Shown here one piece after another: positions 38,493 to 50,000 of a stretch of 64,000 nt of DNA. Every line of letters starts with the position of its first letter. Within the stretch, counting starts at the first letter, position 1. The position numbers and the translations under genes are program-made. Origin of the DNA: Mytilus edulis (Eukaryota); the NCBI RefSeq assembly GCF_963676685.1, contig NC_092344.1, positions 106,516,001 to 106,580,000 on the forward strand, given 5' to 3'. A model generated the notes under the pieces. It searched no databases, was not told where the DNA came from, and saw only the letters and a program-made list of their open reading frames with translations.

Positions 38493-41400
38493 CTTCAAAA
38501 AGACAGAACATTTATACTATATTTAAATTTTGATCAAATTACACATTTTTTAGTAATACAGTAATTAATTTTTGTCATTACAATTAACAATAAACTATAT
38601 ATTCAAAATCAGCCTCAGGAATGGAAAGAGCGAAAATAATGAAAAAAGTAAATTTGATTATATCTCTGCGTTGACAATGGTTGAAGACCCATTGGTGGCC
38701 TGCTTTTTTTTTTTTTGCTTCTTTGGTCAGGTTGTTCTCTTTAACACATTCTCTATATCAAATGTATTGCTTTTGAAAAGATGCTACCTTAAACAGTAAC
38801 ATATGTTAATTGTCTTCTTTGGGTTTTTTTTCTTGAAATAATCATACCTAATGTTAGCTACCATGTAAATAAGCCTTTTGTCAGCTGAGTAATAAAATAA
38901 ATTTGTACCAATTTACCCCGAATAACAAATAACCAATATCACAGAAAACCTTATAAATCTTTATGTTTCACTACCTGGTAGCTTTCCCCATAATGTCTTC
39001 TGTCCTACTTGACCAGGACCCAGGATATCATATGCCCACAGTGATTTGGTAAATGTCTCCGCTACTATCACCTTCCATGGTTTTCCATCAGGTTTGTGTT
39101 GTACAGCTATACCATTAGAGAACTTGTACCCTGTATCTACCTTTATCACTTCTTTCTTGTTAGTCACACAATAGACTGATCCAAACCGCTCCTATAGATA
39201 ACGATAAAGATACATACAGCTATACCATAAGAGAACTTGTACCCTGTATCTACCTTTATCACTTCTTTCTTGTTAGTCACACAATAGAGTGATCCAAACC
39301 GCTCCTATAGATAACAATATCACAAATACATTTAACAATTTGTGAACTATAAATTAATAATACTGATCTATATACCATTGCATCAAGTGTCATACAATAT
39401 TTCTTCTCTAGAGAAAGATAAATTTCAATTTTTGAAACACAATGCTTACTTAGCAGTTTCACTATTTAAAACTGCTGATACTATTTATAGATAAGTCAAA
39501 TACAGATAAGAAGCTTTTCAGCAAATATAAGTCCAGCCTTTGTGTAAAATGATCATATGAAATGATTAGATGAGTTGTTTATGTTTATAAATCAGTGCCC
39601 TTCTGTTGTTTTCTGGTCTTTGTTGGGTTAATGTCTCTATGAAACATTCCCTGTTACCATTGTCAATTCTATTTCTCTATCTATTTTTTAAAATAAATAA
39701 GACTATCTAGCTCTATACTTTATCATTGTGCTCTCTGCATGGATTTGTAATAAAATATATTATAATGTTGTGCTCTAGTTTTGGGAAATAGTGATATTTC
39801 AAATCCAAAATTGTGTTATTTGAAATTTTTTTAGTTGTTGCCTTTGGATAGATACTAAATGTGTAATGTGGGTGACAATGGAACTAATGTTGATAAATCA
39901 GAAATTAATGTTAGGATTATGAGGTGATTCTGTTATTAATATGGTACTTAAGTGATGTCTTACAACTGTATTAAAGGTTTTTTCCTTTGTCCCCTTTTTT
40001 ATATGATAAACATGATAAAAATGCAAGTAAATGTAGATAATTTGTATTGTTAAAAAAAAATCTGATGATGATATTGTACTTTTAATCTACTGAATTCAAG
40101 TGTATTCAAACTGTAAATCTTGTTTATTTGAAAAATGCAAGTAAATCATTATCTTACCTCAGTGGACCTTTTAAAAGGGTGCGGAGATATCTCCCCTGCT
40201 GGTGCTGTGACCCATAAATTACCATCATAATCAAAACTACAGTCATTACAACCCTGCATAATGTTTCCATCTTTGTCTGTTGTACAAAACTAAAAGACAG
40301 AAAATATCAGCTCTTTTATTTAATCATGTATTGTAATGCCTTTAAGTTTTAGGAAAATATTGGGGCAAACATATTTTACATTCAATTTGTCACAAAGTTC
40401 ATGACAATTTAAGATTCAATATCCCAAAAGATGAATATGCATTGTATAATCTCATGTGGAAGATTCAAAATGAAAATGGACTGTGTACCTGTTTAAACTG
40501 ACCAGATTGGTCCATGGTTAGAATCCCCAACCTCATGTCAGCAATCCATATAACATTATCTTTGTCACACTGACAACCAGCTGGTATTCCACCATTACCA
40601 TCAATTACGGGTTCACAGATAACTGTTGCCTGAAAAAAATTATTTTGATTTAAAAATACATTGGGCTAATAATGACAGGTATGTTTACATGGTACGATTT
40701 TCCATCAGATTTCATGACGTCACCCAGGTCAATTGTACTATGTTCAGTCAAGGGTAGTTCTTGTACAAGTTATTTTTATTTACTTGAAGAAGTTAAAAAA
40801 AAATATATGCTTATATAAGTAAATTATAATGTTTAAATAATCTCTCCTTAATTTTCTCAAAAATTTACTTATACAAGTAAATTTATTTTACAATCACATC
40901 AAAATTCTCAAGTTTTGAGATGAAAATTCCTGCCTTTAGTGATCTTTCCAAGGTGACATGTAGCTCATAACTTTTGATTAGAGACTCATTAATTAATTCA
41001 ACAAAGAACTTGATTGGGCAAAGATCTTTTATAAGTATTTGCGCAAAGCCTTCAAAACTTGCTCCTTTCCGTCTTGTACATGTTGTAAATGACCAGTGTA
41101 CTGAAGATAACAGACAAATGGGATTTTCATTGTCCATGAAATTACACTTAAATGATTAGTAAAGACATCTGCAATGGACAGACAAATTAAAATTCTAGTA
41201 GAAAAAGAAATCCTAAAAATTTAAGATGGCATCATTAATGGGTTTTTTTTGTGTTTACTTTTCTATTTTAAGGCTTAAAGAAGTACATGTAGAAACATGG
41301 CAGGTGTCACTAGTGGAGCAGGAAAGCACTCCCAGTGGACCTTTGTTCAACTTTAGTTTTATTGTAAATGGGTTGGTGATGTATGCTTTAATTAGCTTTA

Positions 41401-44400
41401 GTTTTCTGCATTGTATTTTAACTCATTTTCTTGTATTTTATTTTTCATAGTCAGCTTTGATCCTACTGGTACAGTTGATTCCAGTTATTTACACAGCCTA
41501 TTTGTCAGACAAAATTATGCAATAAAGCGGAGTATGCTTATATCTGAAATGCCAAATAAGGGAGTCAAACAGAACTGTTCAGTAAAGGAAATCTCTGAAG
41601 AAATATGAAGGTCTTTAATCAATTTACAACAAATTGAATGTTGATTTATTCTAATAAAAGTTAAATGACTAGTGTCATACATGTTTTTTTTTATTTTGTA
41701 TTCTGTCAATAAACATGATAAAGATTATAAACACATTTTGTTTTAGTTTATTTGTGTAATTTTTTTATACTGAGGTTTCCTTTACCTGGGATATGAAAAA
41801 ACTCAAATTGTTTTGAAAATAGATTTGTTTCCATGACGTCACCTGTATGTACAATGTACATCTACATTGTTACGCTTTGATTAAAATAAACTGTTTAACA
41901 ATACTACACAGTTTATAATCATTTTAACAATAGATGTGTAATGAACTGCCTTTGATATGCAGTATTTATAGCTTGCTCAGTGAAGTAACACCATTTATTA
42001 AACCTCGTTAGTTTTGTATATGAAAAGCAGTAATGGGGCCATGTACAGGTAATTTGCTAGACATGAGTGTTGAAAGTGAGAAAATATAATAATAAGAAGT
42101 GAATGCTCTTTTCATAAAATATTATATACAAATGATTAGTTCATTTCCATTTTCCAACGGTTATAGGAATAGATTTAATGTACCTTCATTTGTCACACTA
42201 TCAGAGTATCAGACTAGTCCAAATAATTTTGACGTCTTGGAAGGCTATTTTAAATTTTTGCTTTGATGCTTCTAAGAAAAAAATGTAATGGAAGTACACC
42301 ACTAATTAATGGCCCCATTGCTTTCTATGTTAAATTCCTCAATTTCGAGTGGTCACAGCTCTTTTATCTTAAGTTCAAATAAAGTGACAATCAGTGCATG
42401 TCAAAGCAACACCTTCTGGTGTCCTGTACTGAAAAAATCAACATACCTTACATGGCATATAAGAAAGAACTGGTTCCCGGAACTTCGGATGTACCAAAAC
42501 AGGTACTTCCGATCTGACAAAAAGGCAAAATGTACCCTCCTTTTTAAATTTCATGCCATTTTTTTATTATTCAAATTTATCAGTCAAAAATTGTTCTACA
42601 ATGAAGCTTTCATTTGATACCAAAATTAATAAAATATTCTAAATATTTTGAAAGTTATGTCCATGCGTAGGAACTATTTTGTGTTAAATATGTACTACTT
42701 TCTGGTATGTGCTTTCTGGCCGGGCCCGAATTAGTGGTGTTACACCTAATAGCCTTTCAAGATGTTATAATTATTTGGACTAGGTACATGAGACTAATGC
42801 ACCTTATTGCTATTCCAGGCTGACCCAGAATCTTTCCCACTTGAACTTCTGACGTCATACAACAATCACTTTGGCGTCAGATATTTTGTATCATGATGTC
42901 AAAATTTTACTGGAACCTGTGTGATGTCCAGTAATGGCGGACAAATAGCGATCAGTGTATACTGCCTTCTCCTCATTCCGGTGTATCCCTGATTCCGGTG
43001 TAATGTTAAATTGCGGGTATTTGTTGAACTAAAAGCGCGTGCAAGGGTCAGGGGTTACAGGTTACAGACAACTGGTGCATCGCTGTCATCAAGAAATGTA
43101 AATACGTCAAACAGTCTTCATTACAGGTAAATATATATATATTAGCGCACGATAGTATGATTTCCATAATTCCCAAATTCATGCATATGCCATAAAATAT
43201 CAAGCCATCTAAAAATATTGAATAATCATCCCAAATCGATTTATTGTTATTGATTTCTCGTCTGCCATTTGCAAGGCGTCCCAAACAACAGTCACGTGAT
43301 GATACAGCCTCGATATGACTCTGAAAAATCTATGGAAAGCCTGATTAACAAAAATGAACACTTTTACAGTTTATTTTAGAAAAAAGTTATTAATCTCGTT
43401 TTTATGTTTATGAAACTATTTATGTTGATTGAATTTAATAAAAATTAATAAATATGAATATGAAGAACATATTACTGTGATTAAAGGACAAAATGCTTGC
43501 ACAATAATTATTAAAAGAAATGTGCTTTATAATTAATTGAAGGTATAAAGGGGGGGGGGGGGGATGAAAATATTTTTTTCAAACTGAATTTAAGATTTTA
43601 CTGATCTTTTGTAAATGTTTATGTCTATTCATTTTTATTACAGATATTTTTACAATGAAGAAAAAGCAGTATGATCCAAATGCGTTAAAATTTGCCTATG
43701 ATGCTGTACAAAATGGAATGTCTGTTTACAAAGCTGCAAAAAACTATGGTATTCCAGAAAGCACGCTTAGAGATAGGACACTTGGTTTGGTTTCTGTGGA
43801 TGGGAGATGCTCCAATTACCTTTTTGATGAGTCTACAGAGAAAAAAATGGTGGACCACATTGCACATATGGCCAGCATTGGTTATGGTTATTCAAGAATA
43901 GATGTCATTTATCTAGCAACTGATTTAGCTGTGTTTATGGGCAAGAGAAAACCTCAAGAGGATATATTGAGCAACAAATGGTATTACTCTTTTATGAAAA
44001 GATGGCCAAATCTAACTATTAGTAAACCACAGAAATTATCCATGCAGAGAGCTAGATGTGCATCAAAGGAGACACTATCTAACTATTACAAAGAGTTGGG
44101 CACTATTATGACCAAAAACAATCTGCATGAACAGCCACACAAAATATTTAATATGGATGAGAGTGCTCTACAAACTGAACATAGCCCAGGTAAAATTGTT
44201 CATGACATTGTTGTTAAGCCCCAGTCTGTCACATCGCCAAGATCTGCAAATGTCACTATAATTGGTGCTGGCAATGCAATTGGAAATGCTGTTCCACCTT
44301 ATTATGTATTTCCGGGTGTTAAATTTGACAGGGCTCTACTTCTTGATGGGACTCCACCTGGTTCTGATGGCCAATGCAGTAAATCTGGATGGTCTAACAG

Positions 44401-46753
44401 TGAAATATTCAAAATGTACCTGGAAAAGCATTTTCTCAAGTATGTATCACATGATGTCTCTGGCACTCCTCTTCTTATATTGTTTGATGGCCACCGCTCA
44501 CATGTGAGCTTAACTTTGCAAGATTGGGCTGAATCAAAGAACATCATTCTTTTCATACTTCCACCACACTGTAGCCACATTTTACAGCCATTAGATATAG
44601 GGTGTTTTGGACCATTAAAGGCTTGTTACAACCGGGAGGCACAGTTGTTTATGAGAAAAAATCCAGGATGTAAAATTACAAGGTATAACATAGGACAAAT
44701 GTCTTGTTCTCCCTACCAGAAAGGTCTATCTGCACAGAACTTGATATCATCTTTTAGGAAAAGTGGGATATATCCTTTTAACCCAAAAGCTGTTGACACC
44801 AGCGAACTTGCTCCAGCTACAATTTACCCCACAGCTACATCAGATGAAGCAAGTACAATGAATAATACACAAATTTCACAAGAAGATGACAACACTTCCT
44901 CTCAGCAATTCAACAAAGCTGCCACTCTGACGATACAACAATTTGAAGCTTCATCATCAGCCCAAAAGGAACAAGATATCTCATCAGATCAAGATGAATC
45001 AAATAGTCAACCGTTGCTTACTCTAGTTCCTCCTGAAAGCAGGTACTCTGATGACATTCAAATATATACCGCAGAACCAATAATTGAATTGAACACATCA
45101 AACAACTCTTCGAATATAACCACATGTACAGTAAACAGTTCTCCATCCGGATTCCTGCTAAAAAGAAATGTTGTTTCAGTTGAAAAGACAGAAAAGAAAA
45201 GGAAACACTTCACAATCACAGGAAATTTAGGAAAAAAGAAAAATATGGATCATCTGAATCAGTCAAAAAAGAAAGGAACTTTTAAACCACCCTATAAAAA
45301 AGCAGAGCCTAAGACAGTTGAAAAGGAAACTAGAAATCAAAACAAAGCAGGAAAAGATACCAAAAAGAAGGCACCTGTAAAAAGAAAAAGTTCAACTGTG
45401 ATGGAAAAAATTGAAAAAAAAATTAGATTATCAGAGGATGATGTTAATGCAGGTCTTGGTACATCTGGTTTAAACAAGGATAAAGGAGGACCAATATGTC
45501 TTGAGAATTCATTTAGTGACAGTGATGAAACCGATGATGACGACGGTGAAACTTGCTGTGTTTGTAATAAGAAATCTCCCTCAGAGATCAGACAACTAGC
45601 AGGAATTGTGTTTGTCAAATGGGCACAATGTGACAATGATAACTGCCGTCACTGGACACATCTCCAATTCTGTAGTGATGTTAGAGTCTTGCGGAGAGGG
45701 GATACTTTCTTTTGTCCACACTGTAAAGAACAGTAAACTGTCCAATATACAGAACACTATTCCAAAAACTGTTATTCTGATTTAAAAAAAAACAACAAAC
45801 AATAGATTTAAAAGAACTGTTTAATATTAATGTAATTTTTCTATTTATTCAGTTAAAGTAGATTTTCAAAAAGTGAAACTTTGTGAAATATTTTTTTCCC
45901 ACTATTGACATCAAAATAGAATTATTAAAATAATTTCCACAAAAGAGTGAAAGTAAAACAAAAATTTGAATGAGAATTTTTTTTTTTTATATAAATTTAG
46001 AAAAAAAATCTTGCATATATTGGACTTTTCAACATTTTTCATCTTGTCAAAAATAATTTGTGTATTTGTCCTAAATAAAATCGTGTTTTGCTGATCTGTA
46101 CTTCTTACTAGAATATTAGCGTTATTTGATGCACAAAATAAGGTGCATTAGTGTTCCAAGTTGTCCTCCATACTATATTTTACCTTTGCACCGGAAAGAG
46201 GTTAATAGCAAAAACAATGATGGGTGGTGATCACCGATTTTCAATCATTTATTAAACTGATAAAACTTGACAAATGGGTAACATATTATGCATCATTGAA
46301 GAGCTAAATAACTGAATTTTATTTATTTCAATCATATTTGTTCCGTTTAGTTCGAAAAATGCGTTTGGAATAATGATTAACATTTTGACCACCGGAATGG
46401 GGTTAACCCAGTATATAGGGTGTCGGAGCTAAGGGGTGACAGACCAATTGGGCGTCAGACTAGTAGAGTTACCATGTTGGCGTATCAGGTCGACCCAAAA
46501 AAAATCATCACACCTTATATCTGGGGGGTTTTCAGGTACATGTTTAAATGAAAACGCTTCAAAAACATACTTTACAAGTTGAAAGATCAACTTTTAAAAT
46601 CTGTCCTGCAAATGCACCATCTTTTTCAACCTCAGGAGCAACCATGTAAAAGTTTCCATCCTTATCAAACACTGGACCTTCCGACCCTAATAATTTGTCA
46701 GCAATCTTTGTAAATTCGTGTTGTGAAATTTTAGGGGCACCTGTGTCGGCCAT
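38230..46753 (-). CDS. Diisopropyl-fluorophosphatase (squid DFPase)-like / SMP-30-gluconolactonase family beta-propeller hydrolase, 5 coding exons, 311 aa
   Basis: Exons 46753-46571, 40629-40489, 40289-40158, 39191-38975 and 38492-38230 all have GT-AG boundaries and splice in frame (936 nt). The product (GSEGPVFDKDGNFYMVAPEVE...GGIPAGCQCD...MQGCNDCSFDYDGNLWVTAPAGE...FSNGIAV...GGPDGMDFD...HWGSSHLEVFGPDGG...CPFSKPSNVHF...VTEHE...QYC) is colinear with Loligo DFPase as I recall it. Confidence 0.93.
38975..39191 (-). CDS. DFPase-like exon 4 (ERFGSVYC...WGKLP)
   Basis: AG/GT bounded, 217 nt; FSNGIAV motif. Confidence 0.9.
39102..39315 (-). repeat. 113-bp-period tandem duplication of the DFPase exon 4 acceptor and first ~90 nt
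   Basis: 39215-39315 duplicates 39102-39202 with 2 substitutions. Confidence 0.92.
40158..40289 (-). CDS. DFPase-like exon 3 (FCTTDKDG...KRSTE)
   Basis: AG/GT bounded, 132 nt; MQGCNDC motif. Confidence 0.9.
40489..40629 (-). CDS. DFPase-like exon 2 (ATVICEP...SGQFKQ)
   Basis: AG/GT bounded, 141 nt, phase 0; GGIPAGCQCD and ADMRLG motifs. Confidence 0.9.
42214..42783. mobile_element. MITE with ~35-bp TIRs
   Basis: CTAGTCCAAATAATTTTGACGTCTTGGAAGGCTATT versus the reverse complement CTAGTCCAAATAATTATAACATCTTGAAAGGCTATT; a related terminus occurs at ~58965. Confidence 0.85.
42798..42959. mobile_element. Small MITE abutting the pogo left end
   Basis: TGCACCTTATTGCTATT versus the reverse complement TACACTGATCGCTATT; a second copy at 47511-47951 is interrupted. 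Confidence 0.6.
42960..46413 (+). mobile_element. pogo/Fot-like (DD35D) DNA transposon, apparently full length
   Basis: Imperfect 24-bp TIRs (TACTGccttctcctCATTCCGGTG at 42960 versus the reverse complement of caccggaatggggttaacccagta ending 46413); TA on both flanks; extra subterminal TTCCGGTG/CACCGGAA motifs near 42993 and 46189. Confidence 0.85.
43655..45736 (+). CDS. pogo-family transposase: HTH_psq + CENP-B-type HTH + DDE_1 (DD35D) + C-terminal PHD finger
   Basis: Uninterrupted 693-aa ORF: SVYKAAKNYGIPESTLRDR (psq HTH); NMDES, LFDGHRSH and LQPLD catalytic aspartates with 35 residues between D2 and D3; C-terminal CCVC...CDNDNCRHWTHLQFC...CPHC (C4HC3). Confidence 0.92.
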   Translation: MKKKQYDPNALKFAYDAVQNGMSVYKAAKNYGIPESTLRDRTLGLVSVDGRCSNYLFDESTEKKMVDHIAHMASIGYGYSRIDVIYLATDLAVFMGKRKPQEDILSNKWYYSFMKRWPNLTISKPQKLSMQRARCASKETLSNYYKELGTIMTKNNLHEQPHKIFNMDESALQTEHSPGKIVHDIVVKPQSVTSPRSANVTIIGAGNAIGNAVPPYYVFPGVKFDRALLLDGTPPGSDGQCSKSGWSNSEIFKMYLEKHFLKYVSHDVSGTPLLILFDGHRSHVSLTLQDWAESKNIILFILPPHCSHILQPLDIGCFGPLKACYNREAQLFMRKNPGCKITRYNIGQMSCSPYQKGLSAQNLISSFRKSGIYPFNPKAVDTSELAPATIYPTATSDEASTMNNTQISQEDDNTSSQQFNKAATLTIQQFEASSSAQKEQDISSDQDESNSQPLLTLVPPESRYSDDIQIYTAEPIIELNTSNNSSNITTCTVNSSPSGFLLKRNVVSVEKTEKKRKHFTITGNLGKKKNMDHLNQSKKKGTFKPPYKKAEPKTVEKETRNQNKAGKDTKKKAPVKRKSSTVMEKIEKKIRLSEDDVNAGLGTSGLNKDKGGPICLENSFSDSDETDDDDGETCCVCNKKSPSEIRQLAGIVFVKWAQCDNDNCRHWTHLQFCSDVRVLRRGDTFFCPHCKEQ
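46571..46753 (-). CDS. DFPase-like exon 1 (MADTGAPK...VDLSTCK)
   Basis: ATG at 46753; GT donor at 46570-46569; contains the EGPVFD motif. Confidence 0.9.
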
Positions 46754-46946
46754 GGTCAAAGTAGCTTTTGCTTGTCGTAAATTAGACAAGATGTAAACAA
46801 AGTAGTTTTGATTTACTTCAATAAATAAATTATTTTCAAATTGGTATTAAAATCTGAAGAGAACAAAGATTATTTTACAATTTAGTTGCCTTGTATCTTG
46901 CTATCGAATAATTTTACGACTAGCCGTAAAAATAGGAAGTAAAAAT
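46754..46946. promoter_or_regulatory. Compact bidirectional promoter / 5' UTR region between the DFPase-like gene and RICTOR
   Basis: Divergent ATGs 193 bp apart; Ets-like GGAAGT at 46935-46940; YY1-like AAAATATGGCGGC overlapping the RICTOR ATG. Confidence 0.65.
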
Positions 46947-47004
46947 ATGGCGGCCGTTGGGGCTCGCCAGGGCATACGGTCACACAAAACAGGGCGTTTT
47001 AAAT
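46947..47004 (+). CDS. RICTOR: RICTOR exon 1
   Basis: ATGGCGGCC start; GT donor at 47005. Confidence 0.85.
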
Positions 47005-50000
47005 GTATGTAAATCTTTCATGAAATCCTATTTACATTACATATCTCAATTATATCCTTAACTTTGTAACTATGTACTTTTTTCTTTCATTTCAGCTCGA
47101 AATGACAGTGGCGATGAAGTTTTTCGATTGGACTTTACCAAAGGTTTGTTATTTATGAAATGTCAACTTTATAATTACAACAAAAACAACTTGCTATGGG
47201 GAAACAAATATTCTCACAGTTGAAAAACATTGCACAACTACTGTCATTTTATAAGATTTGATTTACTGTGAATTTGAATTGTGCAGATCTGCCTGTCAGA
47301 CCTGTCTACAGACAGGACATAACAGGCCTATTACAGTATCCATCATCTAAATGTACCATTTGGTGCATATTTCCCCTGGAAAAATTGACATATGAAGCAA
47401 ATATCTTTACACCACATGTCATATGCCGAGTTTCCCCAAAATGACCTCAGGTAAACTTTGGCAGTGCATTCATAAATGAAAATTTCGGAAGCTTGTGTAG
47501 AGTTTGTGTATACACCTTATCGCTAATAGGGCTCTTCACGGTTAGTTCAACCATATTTGATAGGGGGCAGATTTTCATAATGGAGGTAAAAATGGTGTGA
47601 AAAATACAAGAAAACATCATATAAACAGAGCAGTTGCTTGAGGGGGGATAGGACCTTTATCGGGACTACGGAATCAGGTCTTTTAAGCTTGGGATTTCAG
47701 GATTGACCCTTATGTGAACCGGGAATTCTTTTTTGTGGATTTTTGGGACGTCAGGATTTAAAGTCTGGGATTTCAGGATCAGGACCTCTCCTATCCCCAC
47801 ATGCACTCTTGCTTGGAAACACACATAGGATTTCCCATACTTTCATACTATTTTCACATCTTTCTAAAAAAATCTGCCCCCTATCCAATATGGCCGAACT
47901 AACCTTGAAGAGCCCTATCCCGGCTGACCCGAGAATCTGTCCCGCTTGAACTATTGTCACTAGATATATGTTAAATATTGAAGTAAACAAATTCAGAAAA
48001 TAAAATCATTTTAGTCATTTTGTCAATTTGATGTACAGTTCAGAATATATTTCAATTGGTTGGTTTTCTTTTTTATGCATACTGTGGATTCATTTATTTT
48101 CATTGGTATCAATTTTGGTGGATTGCTGAAAACTTTCATTTTCGTGGATATATAATTTCATGGTTTTGCCAATCTCTGTATATAAAGCCTATTGAAAATA
48201 TGTTATTCGCTGAACATATGAATTTGTGGTTCATCTGTACCCACGAAACCCACGAAAATTGGTATCCAACGAATAAAAATGAATCCACAGTATCCAAGGG
48301 AGTTTCCCTAGGTAATTTGCGTCAACCAATTTGTTTGTATTAAGGGACTTTGATGTTAGTTTGAATGAAAATCAGAAATATAAATTAAAATGCTTGTTGA
48401 ACACATTTATCTGATTAAAAATTGAATAAACTGGCCTTTCTACCTGCCACTAGTGAAAGCTGTGATGAATGCAAATCTTTCTTTAATTAATTGGTTTTCA
48501 AGTGCTTAGATATATGAGAACCCCCCCCAATTATTTTGTTTTTGTTTTAAATTGAAATTTTAATTATTCGAAGTAAATAGTATGACCCCCCTAAAAATAA
48601 GAAAAATCCCCCCCCCCCCCCCCCCATTTTTTTTAAATTTAAAATTTCAAAATATATATATCAATTCACCAAACAAATTTGACAAGACAGATTTTTTGCA
48701 GTGGTCTAAAACATTACAGAGAAAATGATTTCGGTATTTGTTTGATGATTGATGAAACAGACTATACTTAATAGACATTGAATTATTCCTCTTAGTACAA
48801 GAAAATGTTAAAGAAAAACTCTGGTTGTTCCCCTTGTATTCATTTGTTGTTTAATATAAACAAAAAAAATGAAATACTATTTTCTCAGGCGTGCAAGAAC
48901 ATACAATCAAATGTTTGGTTTTATATTGCTCTAATTGTAGATGACTGTTTAAAAAACCAAATTTCATTGGGTTATTTTGATATTTACAAAATTAAGTTGA
49001 AAGGCTACAAACTGACTTTCACCATCATGTCAGACCATACAGATAACAGCTATGATTTCTACTGTGACTCACAGGATCTGTTTTATTCTGCAAGAAAGTC
49101 TTTAAATATATACATGATATAAGATCATAAACATCGACGAACTGTTCTTTTGAATAATTTTTTCTATCAAATAGATTAAATATTTCTGGATATTATCAAT
49201 AATTGGAAAATATATATATATACAGGTACACATGTTTATCATGTAAAAAAATATGTTTCCTTATTACATACATGTACCAGGTTGACAATACAATTTGAAC
49301 TATTGACACTAGAAAACATCACTTACTAGATATCTAAACTCAAATAGATAACACATTTATTTTTACTGTTTAACAATGTTTAATGCAACTTACAGCATTA
49401 TTGGCAAGTTATTACTGTCGGTTTAAGCCAATTGAGATGAAGCTAGCAATCCTGGTGAAGAAAGATTGGAGTTGAAGTCACAACCTCAGTGTTGAAATGC
49501 TATTGATACAGAAGATGAACTACTTATAAAAAAGAAGATGTGGTATGATTGCCAATGTGACTACTCTCCACAAGAGACCAAAAGACACCAAAATTAACAA
49601 CTATAGGTCACCTTACAGCCTTCAACAATGAGCAAAGCCCATACTGCATAGTCAGCTATAAAGGCCCTGAAATGACAATGTAAAACAATTCTAACGAGAA
49701 AACTAACAGCCTTATTTATGTACAAAAAATAAACAAAAAACAAATATGTAACACATAAACAAACGACAACCACTGAATTACAGGCTCTAGACTTAGGACA
49801 GGCACATACATTCAGAATGTGGCGGGGTTAAACATGTAAGACCACATGGCCTCCAAGGCTATTAGCAGATAATTGATCATTCAGATTAAGTCTGTAAATT
49901 AAAACACTGAACGATTGTATACTTCCAAGGAAAAATTTATTCTGTTTTCAAATTTACCCTAGCTATGATTCTGCATCTAATATACCCAAGAATTACAAAT

